NCBI RefSeq assembly: GCF_006345805.1
Contig: NW_021828919.1
Location: 1-7,162 of the forward strand
Direction of reading: 5' to 3'
Origin: Octopus sinensis
Taxonomy: Eukaryota
Length of the DNA stretch: 7,162 nt
How positions within the stretch are numbered: position 1 is the stretch's first letter; every line of letters starts with the position of its first letter. The notes beneath the pieces are model-generated. The model was given only the letters and a program-made list of their open reading frames with translations, was not told where the DNA came from and did no database searches. The translations under genes were made by a program, and so were the position numbers. Below, in pieces: positions 5,789 through 7,162 of the stretch.

Positions 5789-6341
5789 TACAGATCGTCC
5801 TCCATGTTTAACAGTTGGAAGAAGGCAGTCTGGGTCAAATGCTTCTTTTGGCTGTCTCCACACGTATACTCGGCCAGTGGTCGGAAATAAAGTAAAGGAT
5901 GAGTCGTCCGAGAAAATAACATTTTTCCACTGCTCTAGGGACTAATTCTAAACGCTTTGCAACGTTTATTTTTGAAAGTAGTGGTTTTCTAATTGCAGCC
6001 CTCTAGTGAAATCCGGCTTTGTGCACCTCTCGGCAAACAGCTTTTGTGGAAAATATGTTCTTGATGTGGTTATTAAGCTCTGCAGTAATTTTGGGAGCTG
6101 TACTTTTGTAATCCCTTATAACAATTCGCGTAAGAGTCCGAATGTCCCTATCGGAAAGTTTTAGTTTTCTTCCGCAGTTTTGTTTCTACGAGGACGTTTT
6201 TCCCTCTTTCTCAAAGGCTGTCATTACTTTCGAGGCAGTACTTCTTGATCCACCAAACACTTCGGCTGTTTTCATTACGCTACCACCTGCCATATGAGCA
6301 CCAAAAATGTGACCTCTTTGGAAGTTCGATAGATCTGTCAT
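5789..6341 (-). pseudogene. Tc1 (DDE) transposase pseudogene, N-terminal half
   Basis: MTDLSNFQRGHIFGAHMAGGSVMKTAEVFGGSRSTASKVMTAFEKEGKTSS*KQNCGRKLKLSDRDIRTLTRIV...ITAELN...HKAGFH*RAAIRKPLLSKINVAKRLE /frameshift ~5945/ SLEQWKNVIFSDDSSFTLFPTTGRVYVWRQPKEAFDPDCLLPTVKHGGRSV. This gives a paired-like HTH, a GRPR-like motif and the first catalytic Asp at 5906-5908. Stops at 6186-6188 and 6003-6005. Confidence 0.93.
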
Positions 6342-6533
6342 TTTAATGAATTTTAATTACCTTTTTCTGGTGATATCAAAAGAAAACATCAATTTTAGGA
6401 AAACATATTAAATATCACTAATAATAAATATTTAAAAAATATAAAAAATAAACAAGCTTTTGATGGTTTTATAGATACTTCAAAATTATGATACTATGAT
6501 GCTAGGTGTTTCCATTATTTTGTCCAACCCCTG
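5789..6533 (-). mobile_element. Tc1-family DNA transposon, 5' end intact and 3' half deleted
   Basis: The minus strand starts TA (6535-6534) then CAGGGGTTGGACAAAATAATGGAAACACC (6533-6505), a typical Tc1 TA-CAG terminus. An AT-rich leader follows, then the transposase start at 6341. Confidence 0.93.
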
Positions 6534-6596
6534 TACATATATATACATACGCATACATATTATATATATATATATATATCTATATATATATATATT
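6534..6596. repeat. (TA)n/(CATA)n microsatellite beginning at the Tc1 TA target site
   Basis: Directly visible. Confidence 0.9.
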
Positions 6597-7035
6597 AACA
6601 GAAAGCAAAACAAACTATTTAAACAACGATGTAATTATTAAATATTTACACCATCATCTAATGCCATAAGGAAGAACAGTAACAAGAAGAACAAAAACGA
6701 AAGCTTGAAGAATAAGTATCTATGAAAATATAAGAATAAACAAACGAACATTATCATATGACACTATCGCCACGAAAACAAGAATAACAAGATGATTAGA
6801 TACGATGACTAAATAGCAAAGCAAATGTTCTTTCAAGAGTTTGGCAGTTAGGAAGAATTTGAAGGTTGGTCTGTTACGTAACATCTGGATATCTACAAGT
6901 TTCTCTAATGGATATTCCTCAGAGAGTTTGGGGCAGCATGTCTTACTGATATCTTTTGATTGTTCTATCTTATCAGATAGATTATAGATTAACATAGATG
7001 ACACGCATGTGGCAACATCATTAATCTCTTTTAAT

Positions 7036-7125
7036 GGGAGTGGATTGGTAGGATCGGTAGAAACCCTACTTGGTTGCCTAGGGTTTTGAGTTCAAACCCT
7101 GCGGAGGATGACATCTGTTTTTAAA
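7036..7125 (+). mobile_element. Diverged tRNA-related SINE head
   Basis: A-box-like TGGTAGGATCGG (7046-7057) and B-box GAGTTCAAACCC (7088-7099). TTTTGAGTTCAAACCCTGCGGAGGATGAC resembles the head of the SINE family seen at 892-993. Confidence 0.5.
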
Positions 7126-7162
7126 CCATCCTCGGTGGATTGCTGACAGAAAGTAGCCAGTT

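Noticed and set aside
4622-5922. ORFs 4622..4882, 5144..5350, 5433..5786 and 5665..5922 as genes
   Set aside because: They are composites of microsatellite, SINE and transposon sequence. Only the last ~22 codons of 5433..5786 are real (mariner C-terminus), and 5665..5922 is out of frame with the Tc1 transposase.
3625-6606. (TA)n-TAACAGAAAGC occurring at both ~3636 and ~6596
   Set aside because: Only 11 non-repetitive bases are shared and the similarity does not extend.

Overview
Repeat-dense, AT-rich eukaryotic non-coding DNA with no intact protein-coding gene that I can support. The SINE and DNA-transposon fragments match sequences I recall from octopus (coleoid cephalopod) genomes. That taxon call is an inference from memory, not a database result. 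From left to right the window holds: two tandem copies of a piggyBac-type MITE (1-373); a 178-bp foldback element built from a ~16-bp-period AGCAAGT motif (411-588); three tRNA-SINE fragments (598-993); an 18-bp minisatellite with dyad symmetry (1075-1395); a decayed mariner (DD34D) transposase whose 3' half is duplicated (1439-2157); further SINE 3' ends on the minus strand; long compound microsatellites; an isolated 78-nt hairpin (5130-5207); and a mariner-type MITE fragment fused tail-to-tail to a 3'-truncated Tc1 element (5638-6533). Most supplied ORFs are microsatellite or antisense artefacts. I see no evidence for a new multi-gene system. The best leads are structural: covarying stem-loops in the SINE 3' tails, the 78-nt hairpin, the foldback element and the palindromic minisatellite.
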